A DNA stretch of 64,000 nt from Blasia pusilla (lineage: Eukaryota): contig CM114271.1 of the NCBI GenBank assembly GCA_050084515.1, positions 11,966,001 to 12,030,000 on the forward strand, given 5' to 3'. A program made the translations under genes and the position numbers. Positions 1 through 14,125 of the stretch are shown here, piece by piece; the first letter of the stretch is position 1; every line of letters starts with the position of its first letter. The notes under the pieces are model-generated. The model saw nothing but the letters and a program-made list of their open reading frames with translations. It was not told where the DNA came from and did no database searches.

Positions 1-3000
1 AGTGATTGCAGACCGTAAAGTATGGAATCTCCTACCTCTAGCAAATGGTCAATACAGAGTTTACAACTTGTCCCTGAATTCCTCTGTTTCCCAAGTAGAC
101 GGTCGAGAATTTCCTAGTTCATCGAGCTCTACGTTTGCAACTCCTACCTCAGTAGATCCGACATCGACTCCAACTTCACACACTCGTAACAATGTTGTAC
201 TTCCTGAAGACATTCCGGATGTCGTCAACCTCAGTGGATCTGTCGGACACCAACCGGGCCCTCTGTCCGCCTACTCATTCCTCTTGCGAGTATCAGGCAA
301 TAGTTTGCTATCGTCTCTGGTCTTGAAAATGTTCAAGCACATTCTTGTCGACGAGCTGCTGCCCACGTATGATGGTAATTGCATTTTTGAGTTGCCTCCA
401 CTTGCTGCTCCTGCTCAAAAGAAAGATGGAGAACGCTTGAAGGGTATGGACAGAAAGTCTAATTGTCATCGATGGTGCAGGCTTCAACGAACTAGTGCTT
501 CAATTCCAGATGGTCCTTGGATTGTCTCCCGCCGCCAATGCGTTGGAGCCTTGGAGTGTAGAAGTACAACATGCCCGTATCTAGAGCGCAACGGGCGGGT
601 CAATACGTCGCAATTCCCCCCAAGAATGCAGAAACTGCATATGAGGTCAGTGCCACCATACCGTCGAGAGGCCATCAATGTCCTCATTGTCAAGCATCCC
701 CTTTCTACGTTGGAGCGTGTCCTGCATACATATTTTTCATTGTCCATGACTTGGGCTCCACGTCAGAGTTCACAAGGCTGGAAGTTCATGTTGGCTCCCA
801 CACTCATCCTGTGACCGATGCAATTTAGAGACACATCAAGGAGGATGTGACGAAGAAAGTGGTCGAGGTCCACAAAGACTCTCCGGGTTCAAAGCCCGGA
901 GTGATCAAGCTAAAAAAAACATCACAAATTTGTGAAAAATTTGCTTGGAATCCCTGGACAGGGCGAGATCACGGCTGCTGAGGAGAAACAACTATGGGAA
1001 AATCTCGCATTTATCGCTGATCCTAAATGCTTCCGGAATTGGCTGCGTCAAATACGGGTATTGGATGGAAAGACGGCCGAAATGGATGCCATTGCCAGAA
1101 TCAAGGCCAACTCCATATTTCCATTCATTCAGAGATGGCAGTTCATGGGCCAAGGAGGCAAAGGATCCAAGGCCTATGTCTTCAAAATGTCAACCACAGG
1201 TCCGTCGAGTGGCCTCGATCTTATAGATCGAATGAGGGAAGGGGAAGATCTTTACGACAGCTGGGTAAGCTTTGATATTTGCTACAGAGTGTTGAACGGA
1301 TGGTTGACAATGGGTGCTCACATTTATGACCATGTGGAGAAGGGACTCAAAATTATATTTGTCTGTGAAGTAAAAGCAAAAGACGTTGGTAGTTTGAAGA
1401 TGTGTTGGGTACTCTTTTTGGAGGTGGTGAAGGAAAACAAAAGGCCACCTCTGGAAATTTATGGGTTCATGGCGGACAATGCACAACCTGGGTGGATTGC
1501 TATCAGGGAAGTGTTCTGGGGTGGAGAGGTTCAACCCGAGAGGGAAAGTTCAGATGCTTTCCATTGGCAACAGTCTGTGACCCGATACACCAAATCTTGC
1601 ATCAAGGAGAATAAGAGGACAGAGCATGTCACTCTACTCCAACGCTGCAAGGACAGCAAAACCTTGAAACAGGCCATGGAATGCCAAGAAGAACTTCATG
1701 GGTGGTGGAGGAAGCATGCGATTGAGGGGAAGTACAAAGAGTTGTGCTCTTGGATGAGTTGGTGGACTGTACGTATGAGACAATGGGGAAACTTCATGCG
1801 GCAACTGAGTTGACTATTTTGTCTTGTCAAGCTCACGCTGAGAATTTTTTGAAAAGTTCCAGCTCAAGTTGAGAAGTGTGGGCACTATTGGGATTTCAAA
1901 CCGAAGAAACCAAATAACTTGTTGGATGCGACGGGTCGCCCGAGTGTGCAACCCGTCGGAAACAGACGGGTTGCCCGAGTGTGCAATCCCTGGGAAATGG
2001 ACGGGTTGCATGAGTGTGCAACCAGTCGTAAACCAACGGGTTGCATCAAGAATTTTGGTGCAACCCGTATACAAGTATGCAAGTTGCATGTATAGAAGGC
2101 CTGCAAATAGTTTGACCCGGATGGGTTTCGGATGACTTGCACTTGGATCTTCCAGCCCGGAGTGGCCAAAGGTTCTTGCAACCCGTCGGAATCATACGGG
2201 TTGCAGTAGGTGCTTCTTGGGTGTTGCAACACGTCCGGACCCGACGGGTCGTAGATTTATTCATGGGATGCCTCGGCCTTGCAACCCGTCTGGTTCCAAC
2301 AGGTAGCTTATTTCTTTGACTTCTGAGCTATTTTCGTTCCCTTCTCACACTGCCGTCGTTGCAGGGATTGAACATTCATGAAAATGCCCTCTGCCCCAAC
2401 ACAAGTGGAGCAGAAAGTGTTCATTCCTCTTGGAGGTCATCACAACCATGCCAAAGAATTTCACTTGTGGAGGCATGCTAACAAGACCAGGCAAGAGCAA
2501 TGCTACAGTCTGTAGCATCCCATATCTTCCCCACAAAAGGCATAACAAAAGGAAGGGGGCCTTCGATCTACGAGCTTTATGTCAGGGCGGCTGTGAGATC
2601 TGGTGATGAAAAACTCTATGTGGAAGCCTTCAACCGGTGCGTAGCAGGAACTCCCCTTGAGCAAGACGTACACGTTGGTGGGGATATTCGTGGGCGCGTT
2701 TCAAGATGTCCCATACGGATGGTGGTAGAGCAGTGCGAGCAAGACTCGTGGAGACCAGATAAGTATCTTGACTTCAAGCAGGTCAAGAGGCAGCATCGAG
2801 GAACAAATCCGGTGATTGATTTGGATGAGGAGATCACGCCGCCCAGGTATTCGGGGACCCCAGACGGCTCCCAAATCCCTGATGGAGTAACTTCTCCAAA
2901 ATCAGTGAATGTTTTATTTCAAAAGCCCTCCGTTGCTGGAAGTTCGCAACATCCGATCGCTGGTGTGGTTCAACAATATGGGATTCCGGTCATGGAGGTG

Positions 3001-4302
3001 GATTGCAACCTGAAACGGTGGCATATATCTCGGAGTAATCGTGGATGTGGACCCACGTGCAAGGCAGGATCTGATGGCATTAGGAGAGCATGCAGCACTT
3101 TCCTAAATAAGAACTATACAAGGACTAGACGACCACTGCCTGGGTTTTGGGGACTCAAAACCTTTGATCGTTTCACGAGGACCGGGGATCAATTGAAGTA
3201 CTTCTTTTGCCCAAATGAATCTTGCGCTTTCCAAAAGTCTTATCCGACTGCCATTGGAGCTTCGGGGAATACCCCCACGATTTGGCCCATTGCCGCAGGT
3301 ACGAATTGCACTCAAGACGAAGTGGACAATCTTGCAAGTGCCGGTTTCAGACTTGTAGACGGAGGAAGTTTAGAGCATGTTCACATTACATAGACCTTTG
3401 CATTTCGTATTCAACCCAGGATTAATGTCAACATGTACCTGGAGAAGATGGATGATCTCAATCCACTATTTCTGTTTGAGTCTAGAAATGGGGTGAAGAG
3501 AAACAGAATGTGTAGGCCAACGGTGGAGAGAGCAAAGCGAATTGCATGAGCTCGGGAGGCAAAAATGGAGATCATCGCCACGAAAGATGACCAGAGTGGC
3601 AATGGAATAGAAAGGATGTATTGGGTCAGGAACAACGCTATAAATTCAAGTGTCACAAGGGTGTATGTGGTGCACATCTCTTGCTTTCCCACATGTTCAT
3701 GTGATGACTTTGTCCAAAGAGAGACAAGTGGGAAAAGGTATTTCCCTTGTAAGCACATATACTATGTGTTGCTTGTAGTTTTAAGAGAGTCGAAGGTAGG
3801 AGTAGGAATCCACTAACCAATTCTGTCCCTCAAAGAAGTGCGAAGTATTTTAAGCAAACCACTTTGAGGATGCAAAATGAGGTTTTAGATTGTACTTTCA
3901 TTTTTCCAGAACCTTCACTTTGAGCTTGAACTCTATTCAGCCCAGGGCAAATGATAGATTTTTTCCAGACCTTGGATGGAAAAAGTGATTGGTTCCACAC
4001 TTATGATTCCACTGATTTTTCAGTTTTCTAAATTTGGTGCAATTTGCAACTCGTCGGACTCAGATGGGTTGCCAAAATATGGAAGAAGAAAAAAAAATTG
4101 TCGGAGTGCTTAAGAACTGAGCAAAAAAGTGCAAAAAAAATCACACAAAAAGTTTCCTCTCTTCAACCTAACGGAAACTCTCTTCAAATCATAGGAAACT
4201 CTCTTCAAAAAAAAGTATCTCTTTCGGTTGAAGGTAGTTTCCTCTCTCCTCTCTTCCTCACTCCTCTCTCCTCTCTTCCTCTCCTCTTACCGCACCTCCT
4301 TT
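1..4302 (+). mobile_element. Mutator-like (MULE) DNA transposon, copy 1, degenerate; 5' end lies outside the window
   Basis: N-terminal Cys/His domain (RRQCVGALECRSTTC...CPHC...CPA...HTHP, GCM/WRKY-fold-like, frameshifted). MULE core WVSFD...GFMADNA...DAFHW (932-1813). Third catalytic residue in NTSGAESVH after the intron (exon from 2365). C-terminal SWIM finger CSCDDF...CKH (~3690-3760). Contains stops and frameshifts. Confidence 0.8.
1805..2364 (+). repeat. Transposase intron filled with imperfect palindromic repeats (TGCAACCCGTCGGA-n-GACGGGTTGCA)
   Basis: Roughly 8-10 units, e.g. ttgcaacccgtcggaatcatacgggttgcag (~2176-2206). Acceptor ttgcag ends at 2364; donor is mutated to ctgagt at 1805. 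Confidence 0.75.
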
Positions 4303-7300
4303 GAATCCCTGGCCAAGGCGAGATCACGATTTTATGAGGAGAAACAATTATGGGAAATCTGGCATTTCTTGCTGATTCTGAATGCTTCATGAACTTGTTG
4401 CGTCAAATATGAGTACTTTATGGAAAGACGGCCGAATTGGATGTCATCGCTACGATCGAGGCTAACTCCAAATTTCCATTTATTCAGAGATGGCAGTACA
4501 TAGGCCAGGGAGGCGAGGGATCCAGAGCTTATGTCTTCAAAATGCCTACGACAGGCCGTCTAGTGGCCTCGATCTTATTGATAGAATGAGGAAAGGAGAA
4601 GATCTTAATGGAAGTTGGGTGAGCTTTGATATTTGCTACGGGGTGCTGAATGGATGGTTGACCATGGATGTGCACGTTTACGACCATGTGGAGAAGGGCC
4701 TCAAAACCATTTTTTTTTCGTGAGGTAAAAGCAGAAGACGTTGGAAGTTTGAAGATGTGTTGGTTACTCTTATTGGAGGTGGTGAAGGAAAACAAAAGGC
4801 CACCTCCTGAAATTTATGGGTTCATGGCGGACAATGCACAACCGCGATGGATTGCTATTAGGGAAGTGTTTTGGGATGAATAAGTTCAACCAAAGAGGGA
4901 AAGGTCGGATGCTTTCCATTGGCAACAGTCTGTAACTGGGTACACCAAATCTTACATCAAGGAGAATAAGAGACCAGAGCATGTTGCTCTACTCCAACGC
5001 TGCAAGGACATCAAAACCTTGAAACAAGCAAGCCATGGAGTGCCAAGAAGAACTTCATGGGTGGTGGAGAAAGCATGCGATTGAGGGGAAATACAAAGAG
5101 TTTTGTTCTTGGCTCAGTTGGTGGACGGTACGTATGAGACAATGGGAAAACTTCATGCGGCAGGTGAGTTCAGCATTTTCTCCTTTCCAGTTCACATGAA
5201 GAAACTGTTGAAAAACAATGTGGTTGAAATGCAAGGTTGCAACCCGTCGGAACGATAGGGATTCCAAACCTCAAAATCCAAGAAACCCGTAAAAAATGAT
5301 TGGTTGCCTTAGTGTGCAACCTGTCGGAACCTGACACGTTGCAAGTTGCAAGTAAGAAAGTATATTAAGTCTACAAATCATCGGTTTCTGATGGGTTGCA
5401 AGGTGCATCTGTGTGCAATCCGTTGGATTTCGACAAGTTGCATCAGTCTGCAAGTTGTCAGATCCTGACGGCTTGCAAGTTCCAAGTGTGCAAGTTTACT
5501 CAGTCTACAATCCGTCGGATCTCGACAGGTTGCAAGTTCCAAGTGTGCAAGTTTACTCATTCTGCAACCCGTCAGATTCCAACAGATTGCAAGTTTTTCC
5601 CTATCGACACTTCTTGCAACCTGTCAGAATCCCACGGGTTAAAAGTCTCAAATTTGGTGAAAAAATTCTTCCAACCCGTTTGACTACGACGACTTGCTCA
5701 AAGAAATTATAAAGAAAAATTTCCTCCTATTGGCAACCCAATTGATTCGGTCTGGTTGCAAAAGGACGTTCTTGTGTGATGCAAGTCGTCGGAATCCGAC
5801 GGGTTCCATATGGATTTTCCACAGCGGAATGGCCTCCTACTTGCAACCCGTCCGATTCCGACTGATTGCAGTAGGAGGTTCTTGGGTATTGCAACCCGTC
5901 AGAATACGACAGGTTGCACATAGACATTCTTGGGATGCTTCCTACTTGCAACCCGTTGGGTTTTGACATGTTGCAATTTTTTTTGCTCAGAGAGCTTTTT
6001 CCGTTCCCTTCTCACATTTTTGTCTCTGCAAGGATTGAACATTCATGAAAATGCCCTCTACCTCAATACAAGTGGAGCCAAAAGTGTTCATTCCTCCTAG
6101 AGGTCATCATATGTATGCCAAAAATTTCACTCGTGGAGGCATGCCAAAAAGACCACGCAAGGGAAATGCTACAATTTGCAACATCCCATATCTTCCTCAC
6201 AAAAGGCATAACCAAAGGAAAGGGCCCTTCTATTTATGAGCTCTATGTTAGGGCCAATGTGAGATCTGATGATGAGAAATTGTATGTGAAAGCCTTCAAT
6301 CGGTGTATAGCCGGAACTCCTCTCAAGCAAGATGTCCACATTGGTGGGGACATTCATGGGCATGTTCCAAGACGTCCCATACAAATGGTGATAGAGTAGT
6401 TTAAGTGAGACTCTTGGAGGCCAGATGAGTATCTTGACTTCAGGCAAGTCAAGCGTCGGCATCGAGGAACGAACTCGGTGATTGATTTGGATGATGAAAT
6501 TACCCCGCTTAGGTATTATTCGGAGACACCAGATTTCTCCCAAATTCGAGTAGAAGTAACTTCTCCAAAATCAGTGAATGTCTTATTTCAAAATCCCTCT
6601 ATTGCTGGAATTTCCTAACATCCAGTCTTGGGGGTAGTTCAACAGTATGGGATTTCAGTCATTGAGGTGGATTGCAACCTCAAGAGGTGGCATATATCTT
6701 GAAGCAACCGTGGACATGGATCCACTTGCACGGTAGGATCCGATGGCATTAAGAGTGCATACAACACTTTCTTAAATAAGAATTGTATAAGGATTGGACG
6801 ACCACTGCCAAGCGTGTGGGGACTGAAAACTTTGATCGTTTTACCAAGACCGGGGATCAATTGAAGTACTTCTTCTGCCCAAATGAATCATGTTGTTTCT
6901 GAAAATCTTATCCAACTGCTATTGGAGCTCTAGGGAATACCCCCACGATTTAGCCCATTGCTGCAAGTACCAATTGTACTCACGAGGAAGTGGAAAATCT
7001 CACAAGTGTCGGATTCAAACTCGTAGACGGAGGGAGTTTGGAACATGTTTGCTTTACAGAGACCTTCATATTTTGGATCCAACCTAAGATTGATGTGAAC
7101 ATTTATCTGGAGATGGTGGATGATCGCAATCCATAATTTATGATCAAGTCAAGAAATGGGGTGAAGAGAAACATAATGTGTAGGCCAACAGTGGAAAGAA
7201 CAAATTGAATTGCATCATCTCGGGAGGAAAACATGGAAATCATCGCCACTAAAGACATTCATAGTGGCAATGGAATAGGAAGGATATATTGGGTCAGGAA

Positions 7301-7950
7301 CAACGCAATGAATTCAAGTGTCACAAGGGTGAATGTGGTACACATCTGTTGCTTTCCCACATGTTCTTGTGATGACTTTGTCCAAAGAGAGACAACTGGG
7401 AAAAAGTATTTCCCTTGTAAGCATGTGTACTATGTGTTGCTTGTAGTTTTAAGAGAGTCGGAGGTAGGAGTAGGAATCCACCAACCAATTTTGTCCCTCA
7501 AAGAAGTGCGAAGTATCCTAAAAACCCCACTTTGAGGATGCAACATGAGGTCTTAGATTGTGTTTTGAAGTGCCAGAATGTTCACTATGAGCTTGAACTC
7601 TAATCAGCTAAGGAAAAATGATGAATTTTTTTTGGGCCATGGATTGGAAAAGTGATTTTTTCCACATTTTTTCTTCCAATGATTTTTCAGTTTTTTTTAT
7701 TTTGTGCAAGTTGCAACCCGTCGGATTCAAACGGGTTGCCAGAATGTGGAAGAGGAAAAACCAATCTGTGGGAGTGACTAAGCACAGAGAAAAAAATTGA
7801 AAAAAGGTTCACAAAGAAATCTTTCTCTCTTCAAAGCACATGAAACTCTCTTCAAAAAAAAGTATCTCTTTGGGTTGAAGGTAGTTTCCTCCGTCCTCGC
7901 TCCTCTCTCCTCTCTCCTCTCTCCTCTCTCCTCTTATCACACCTCTAGCC
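4303..7950 (+). mobile_element. MULE copy 2: 5'-truncated, diverged tandem copy of 948-4300
   Basis: gaatccctggccaaggcgagatcacg at 4303 matches 948. Collinear DDE, intron, SWIM (7233-7535) and pyrimidine-rich tail. Many stops and frameshifts. Confidence 0.85.
5164..6030 (+). repeat. Expanded palindromic-repeat intron of MULE copy 2
   Basis: Donor gtgagt at 5164; acceptor mutated to ctgcaa at 6030. About 15 TGCAACCCGTC...GACGGGTTGCA-like units. Confidence 0.75.
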
Positions 7951-9899
7951 TTATATGACATGGTCATGCCAACCGTGGCCATGATCGAGCCTTTGAATAT
8001 GAAATGCCTTTGTTTTTGGCGGTCCCACATATTTTTCCTGTTTTAGGCTAGACACCTTGGCATTTGCAAGGCTTTTCATATGCAATGTAGGCATCAATTT
8101 GCTCCGTTCTAGCCATTTTCCAACGTTTCTTAGTGATCTGTCGTCATCGTGAATGGTGGATGATGTTGCGGAGGTGGAGCAGTTCTAGTGTGCATTTCCT
8201 CGAGTAATCGATCGTCTCCTGCTGTTTATCCGATCTATGTTTATTTGAGCTGGATGAGATTGAGGTGGAACAGTTCTAGAGTGTGTTTCCTTGTATTTTT
8301 GGTCGTCTCCTGCCGTTTAGCCAACTACATCAGCTGGAGTGGATTAACGGTGGCAGAGGTTTGTTTAGCTGCAAGTGGATTGTGCGCCTTGCCGTTTAGC
8401 TGCATTTTTCTGGCTAGTTGCGTTTTGTATGTCTTGAGTATTTCATTGTTTGGATTGTTAACTCATTCTTCACACTAGATCAATTGGCAGTTTAGATTAC
8501 CTTTTTCTTCATTCAAAGTAATTGGCAGAACAAATTACCTCATTGTTCGGATTACCTCTATTTTCAGATTACCTCAATTTTCCAATTATTAACTAATTTT
8601 ATGTGTTGTTCTAATTCTTTATCAACAAAGCAACCATGGAGAAACCTAAGACGGACCAAGCGGGTGGTGAAGTTACTGTAATGGACCAACATTCTAATGC
8701 GAATTCTGACAGTTCAAGAAGCTATTCAACTCGAACAAACTTCCGTCATGAGCGTCCAATTAAACTCTTGGCAAACTATGAGAACTACATAGCATGGAAA
8801 AGAGGAACGTATTTTCTTGATGTGCAAGAAGATGATCATTTTTTGGCATGGAGCACCGAGAATGATGATTACTATCATAAGAATTTATGTATTTCTAATC
8901 TATATAACACTCTCTTATCTACACGCTGTCATACAAGACCTATCTTCATTTGATATCATAGCCTCCGAAGGAGATGATGTTACTTCCATTCTTGATAAGG
9001 AACCTATATCTCAACTTGCCGATATATCCAAAAATATAGAGGAACTCAGGAGGACTCATGATAGGGGACTAATATGTTACTGTATCCTACAAAGGACTTC
9101 CACAATGAGTTCCACATTTGGTGTTGACTGCTTAGAAGACGTCAAAGGTGTGAAAACCAACTTGGAAGACAATGTGCAAAGCGGAAGCTCCAATTATACA
9201 ACTATCGACATGGACTGTCACAATGATGGTTATAGTGGGGATTATTGCACTTTCTCGGAGGAATTCTAGGCCACACGCCACACCTCCGGGATGCTATCGG
9301 GATCTCCCTTGTATAATTAGATAGGGCCATTTACATGCCACCAGGATCTACCTTGTATAACACAAAGATTCACATGCATTAGGAATTGGAAATTTAACTA
9401 ATGCATGCCATAAGAGAAGACAAAATGGTGAGTGGGAAAAGAATCCTTTAATACACCGGAGGATGTAAAATTGGAATGCCTGCGCTTTTATTTTGCTATG
9501 TATGCTACGTGAATTGTTAGAGCGTGACCCAAATGTGAAACAATATATTCGGAGTTCATTCACCAATTTTGGAGAAATGCAAAAAAAATTCAGGTAAGTC
9601 ACTTTGTTGTCAACATAACACTTAGAAGAGTTCGCTATGTTCTTGTGTAAAGACAGGATCTGTTCTTGGGCTTACATGCACCCAATATCAAACATATATA
9701 CAAATAGCAAATCATTGAAGTGTAGAAGACAAAGTACAGATATTTCTCATTGTAAGGACAGCTACATGCCACATTAGGAGACATACTTGGAAGCACATGG
9801 TGTTGACTATTTACAAATACTTGGAAAATTTGTAAATTGTAACCTCGCATTCAAAACACTGCCTTAAAATCAGTCATTATGAATGTCTAAAAGGAATTA

Positions 9900-12800
9900 T
9901 GGGTGCTTACTGTCATATTTTTTGGTTTTTGTGTCGTTGTAATATTGGATTCTTCAGATCATAAATTCTATCGATAGATTTAGTTGTATTGAAATAACCA
10001 CTTGCTTCTCGTTCCAACTGTGCTCGCAAACTAACCCAGTGGCATTTTGGGGCTTTTGGAAACTGGGGCACTATAGCAAGGTCAATATCATATTGATTTT
10101 TTACATTTTTCTTCGCTCTCATCTAGAGATTTTGTTCTTTTTATAGAATTGCTTGAGCTTGCTAACCTCTTACTATACACTTAGAATGGCATCTTTTCAG
10201 CCAAGGGTAACCCCCTTTGCTTGTTTTTCTGAGCACACTAAACAATCAACATACTCACGCATCAAATTCCCACCAGGCAATAGAAGTTCATCGTCATCAC
10301 CACATGTGCTTCTAACCTTAGACAATAACTTGGACACTTGTGCATTTGCAAGACCAATACCTCCATTGTCAATGATAGCTTCATGCTCGGTCTCACCATT
10401 GTTGGAATATTCATGTTCTTTCTGACACCATGTGTTTTTCTTCTTGTCTTCCCCAATAGGTCCGCAATCGCCTTCGCTGTCATTGTCACACAATTTATCT
10501 TTGTCATCTATCTCCAAAATTGACCCAGTGTTCATATGTAACACATCACGATTCAATTCATCAATAAAGCACGCATCCCACCTTGCGTTGTTCCTTGTTT
10601 TGTGCCTAGTAACCTCACAATATGTTCTACATGGTATCCACACATTAGTAAACATTTAACCTGATTTTTACACATATTTTCCTCCGAACTCCAAGGGTAG
10701 TCACATGTACAGTATTTTGATTGGTAATTGTAGACATCATATACAATTCCGGCCGTTATTTGACTTTTCAGTAATGCCATTGTCGATGATGTTATATCGC
10801 AATCGCTATCTAGAATGCATCATCTTTTCAAGACTGATGCACTAACCACTCTCTCCTCATGTTCGTTGCCGTAAAATCTTGCACTTTAGCAAAACTGTAT
10901 CTGGTGGTAAAATGCCTCAACTTTTCGCATTAACTCGTGCACCAACCAATCACAACATTGAGATACCAACTGAGTGTTCATTTCTCTCAGAACCATTTTC
11001 ATATTTCCATGGTAGGCTTCTATTAACGTGTTGGTATCCATGTTGGAATGGTTGAATGTTTGCAATCCTTCCATCCACATGCGTGCCAAGCCACAACCAA
11101 ATGCATAGTCTCACGCTTTTACATTATACCCAATGCAAATGAATTTCAGTACTAAATATATTGAAGGGAAATTCTGAAAACTGCATGCCTCGTACTTGCA
11201 TTATGTTGCCAAGTTATCTTTATGTAATGCACAAATTTTGTTTCTAAAGAGAAGTCAACATACAGAGCTTCCAAAGCTTTTATTGTTGAAGCGAATGTGG
11301 CCGTGCCCACATCCCCATCATGAGCAAGTACTTCATCCGACATTATCTTCGTATACATGATCTTTCCCAACCTTGTGCTATTCTGACATCGTTGTGTCCG
11401 ATCCAAGACCTTTGTTCTTAAATGCTTGTGCCAATCATTTTGGACATGCCACAAGTAGAGGATGATCAGGATTTTTTGGAATACTTGCCTGCTCACGGAC
11501 GAATGTACATTGTGTCGGATCTTGCAAACCATGCACAATCATGAAGTGTAGTAACTCATCTTGTATACTCACCAACAAAAATTTATGAGCTTACTTGCTT
11601 CAGTGCATTTATTTCTGCTATTGAGTAGTCTATCATTATGCAACTTGGCGCCCATGCTACATCCAACTCCACATTGGGTTCATTGCATAATTTTCTATGC
11701 CGACTAACTGCAATGTTCTTCATTGCATCTAACCACTTGGCAATGTCCACCTCTTTGCAAGAATTTGTCAAAACCCAAGCTATTGGGATCCCATTGTGGA
11801 ACTTATCATATACCATGACGGTGTACAACGGAAACTTAACAAAGAATGCAATTGCAAAATTAGACATTGACATTACCAAAACTAAATGATTCAAAAATAA
11901 TTGTCAACAACATTCTGAGTTCAATGGACATCACATTCCCCGCCCTAGATGATCCACAATGAGGTCCTACATAATTTACCTTGTTTTTGTTGGTCCCAAA
12001 TGTTGAGTTCATGCAAATTATGTTCCCATTTCCATGCTCAACTAACATCAAGCACATCCATTCAGACCAGAATCCTAATATGAATGGACACTCTTGCTCT
12101 GGTAAGCTTGTTTAAAAAACAATTCCTAAAGGTATAATTTCATATAATTTGCAACACTCTGATTTTCATTTGAATGTCGAAGCCAAGATTCCATTGCAAT
12201 ATCCCGTCTAAGGCTTTGTACATCTTGGAGATGCACAAAATCGTCTTTATAGAAGTTTGTCAAGGAGTCAATCTTCCAACGCTGCCACACTTCTTCCCCC
12301 AACTCTCTTACAATTTCCATGTTTGTCTTCTCATTGTGTATCATGTCCATTGTCAACATCTTTCTACCACTTGATAGGCGAGGCCGCGTGGAGCATGGCA
12401 AGATGTACCACCCTTACTAAAGATGTCGTCAAATCCATGACACGGCTCACCACGCTTACCCACGTGTCTACATTGAATGTATGATATCTTTGCACAATGT
12501 GGAACCAATATCTCCATGACTATAAAGTGGCACAAACACCCCCCTTTTGATACTCTCCCCTCTAGCCTTCCTATGGTGGCGCGGTCTACTCAACGGCAAG
12601 CTTGTACCTTCTTCATCTCTAAGATACAATTCAAGAAGTGATATTACATTAGGACCTATAAGAAACAGAGGAAAATGAAGAAAGATGGGACAAGGCTCAT
12701 GGAAGTTATCTTACCTGAAGTCAATTGGCTTCCGATGGCCCTTGTAATCCTCTGGTCCATAGTTGCAATGAAATACTCTATAGCAGCCCTCATTACTTGA

Positions 12801-13150
12801 AGGTCTCGTCTTCTACTCTCTTTCCACTTTTGAAGTCTTCTTTCGCGAGGATCCTTCATGTGGAAGGGATATATTCTTCACCCAGAAGTTGGTGCTTGAT
12901 AAGCCATCGCCATGACCTTCCCCTTGCAAGAAATCATCAAGCCTAGCCCACGGTATGTGCGCAATATCATCCCTACCCCACGGTGCGAGGTTGTCATAAT
13001 TCAACAGACCAAAAGGTAAACATTCTTTTACTGGAAGCTTGGACATGGCAAGGATTCTATGAACCACATGAAGTCGGGGTGCGAACGAGGTTGTAACATC
13101 GATAGAGGGCATACCAAGCCCAGCGTTTGTTGTATTTGGAAAGCTCCATT
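9900..13150 (-). mobile_element. Second MULE/SWIM transposase-like element, intron-containing pseudogene
   Basis: Fragments in order: DDIAHIPWARLDDFLQGE; CHFIV...HVGKRGEPCHG; NSTFGTN; FPLYTVMVYD...GIPIAWVL...IMID; LWHV; TNTLIEAYH; SWIM CTC...MCKN. Boundaries approximate. Confidence 0.7.
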
Positions 13151-13806
13151 CATCCTCCTCTACCTTTCATTCACTTGGCCATGTGTCACATCTTAGTAGC
13201 CGATAGGTAGAAATCTATTGTGGTGACGGCATAGAGAGCCAATGGATTGTCTTAAGTGTAACTTCATCCCAAGAAGTCAGATGAGGTTGGCGACAGGTCT
13301 GTTGTGTCAAAACATCGTTTATGGTGATTTCCCTATTTTGGTTTTAGTCCGTCATATGATCCGTTGATCGAGTCCACGGTCATCCGATAACCCATGCATA
13401 AAGGTTACCGTTGGGAGGGCTATTTTTGGGGGAACCTTTTAGCTCCCAAGGATATAAGAGAGGGAGAGATGGCTACCTCAAACCATCTTTCTCATGTTGA
13501 GCCTTAGGAGCATCTCTCTTGAATATGTGTGTGTGTGAGGGTGTATATGAACTAGGATAAGTGTTCATATTTCCTCATGGCGGAGAGTGGATGTGGCTCA
13601 ATATGCCGATGTAGATTCAAGAGTGGAGTTTTAGGCCATGTGTGTCATTTTTACTACTCTGATTTTAGTTGTGGGGCCTTGATATATATACGTGAGTTTG
13701 TTTTTTTTATGGATGGATCGACCTATGTGTTGGGAAGATTAGTGTTGTGTGGTGTGTAGATATGGCCAGCGATGTGGGTTGTGTAGTGATGTGTATGCGC
13801 ACGACA

Positions 13807-14125
13807 ACACTATCTTGAGAGTGTGTGAGATTTTGCCATCTGGTGGGACGCGATGGTGATATTGGAGGGACGCGATGGTATGATTTGGAAGGACCATGTG
13901 CGTAACTATGCGTCATGTCACCTTCCTAACATTGACGGTAGAATTGATGTGAGCTTAGCAGTAGTTCCTACATGCTTGCGATGTTTGTTGTGTGGTTTCC
14001 CCCCATGGTGTAGCCACTATGCTAGTCTGTGATGGATGTTCGAGAGGGTGGGATATAGCATGTCTGATGCCACCTCTCACTAGGATTCCTCGGGGACGAT
14101 GGATGTGCTCTAGATATACATAGAG
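13807..14125 (+). pseudogene. Retroelement integrase-tail + PHD finger fragment
   Basis: Translates to ...MLVCDGCSRGWDIACLMPPLTRIPRGRWMC. Homologous to 52350-52657. Confidence 0.7.

Noticed and set aside
5235-5975. CRISPR-like array of palindromic repeats with spacers
   Set aside because: Repeats are degenerate, spacing is irregular, some spacers are themselves duplicated, there are no cas genes, and the context is a eukaryotic intron.
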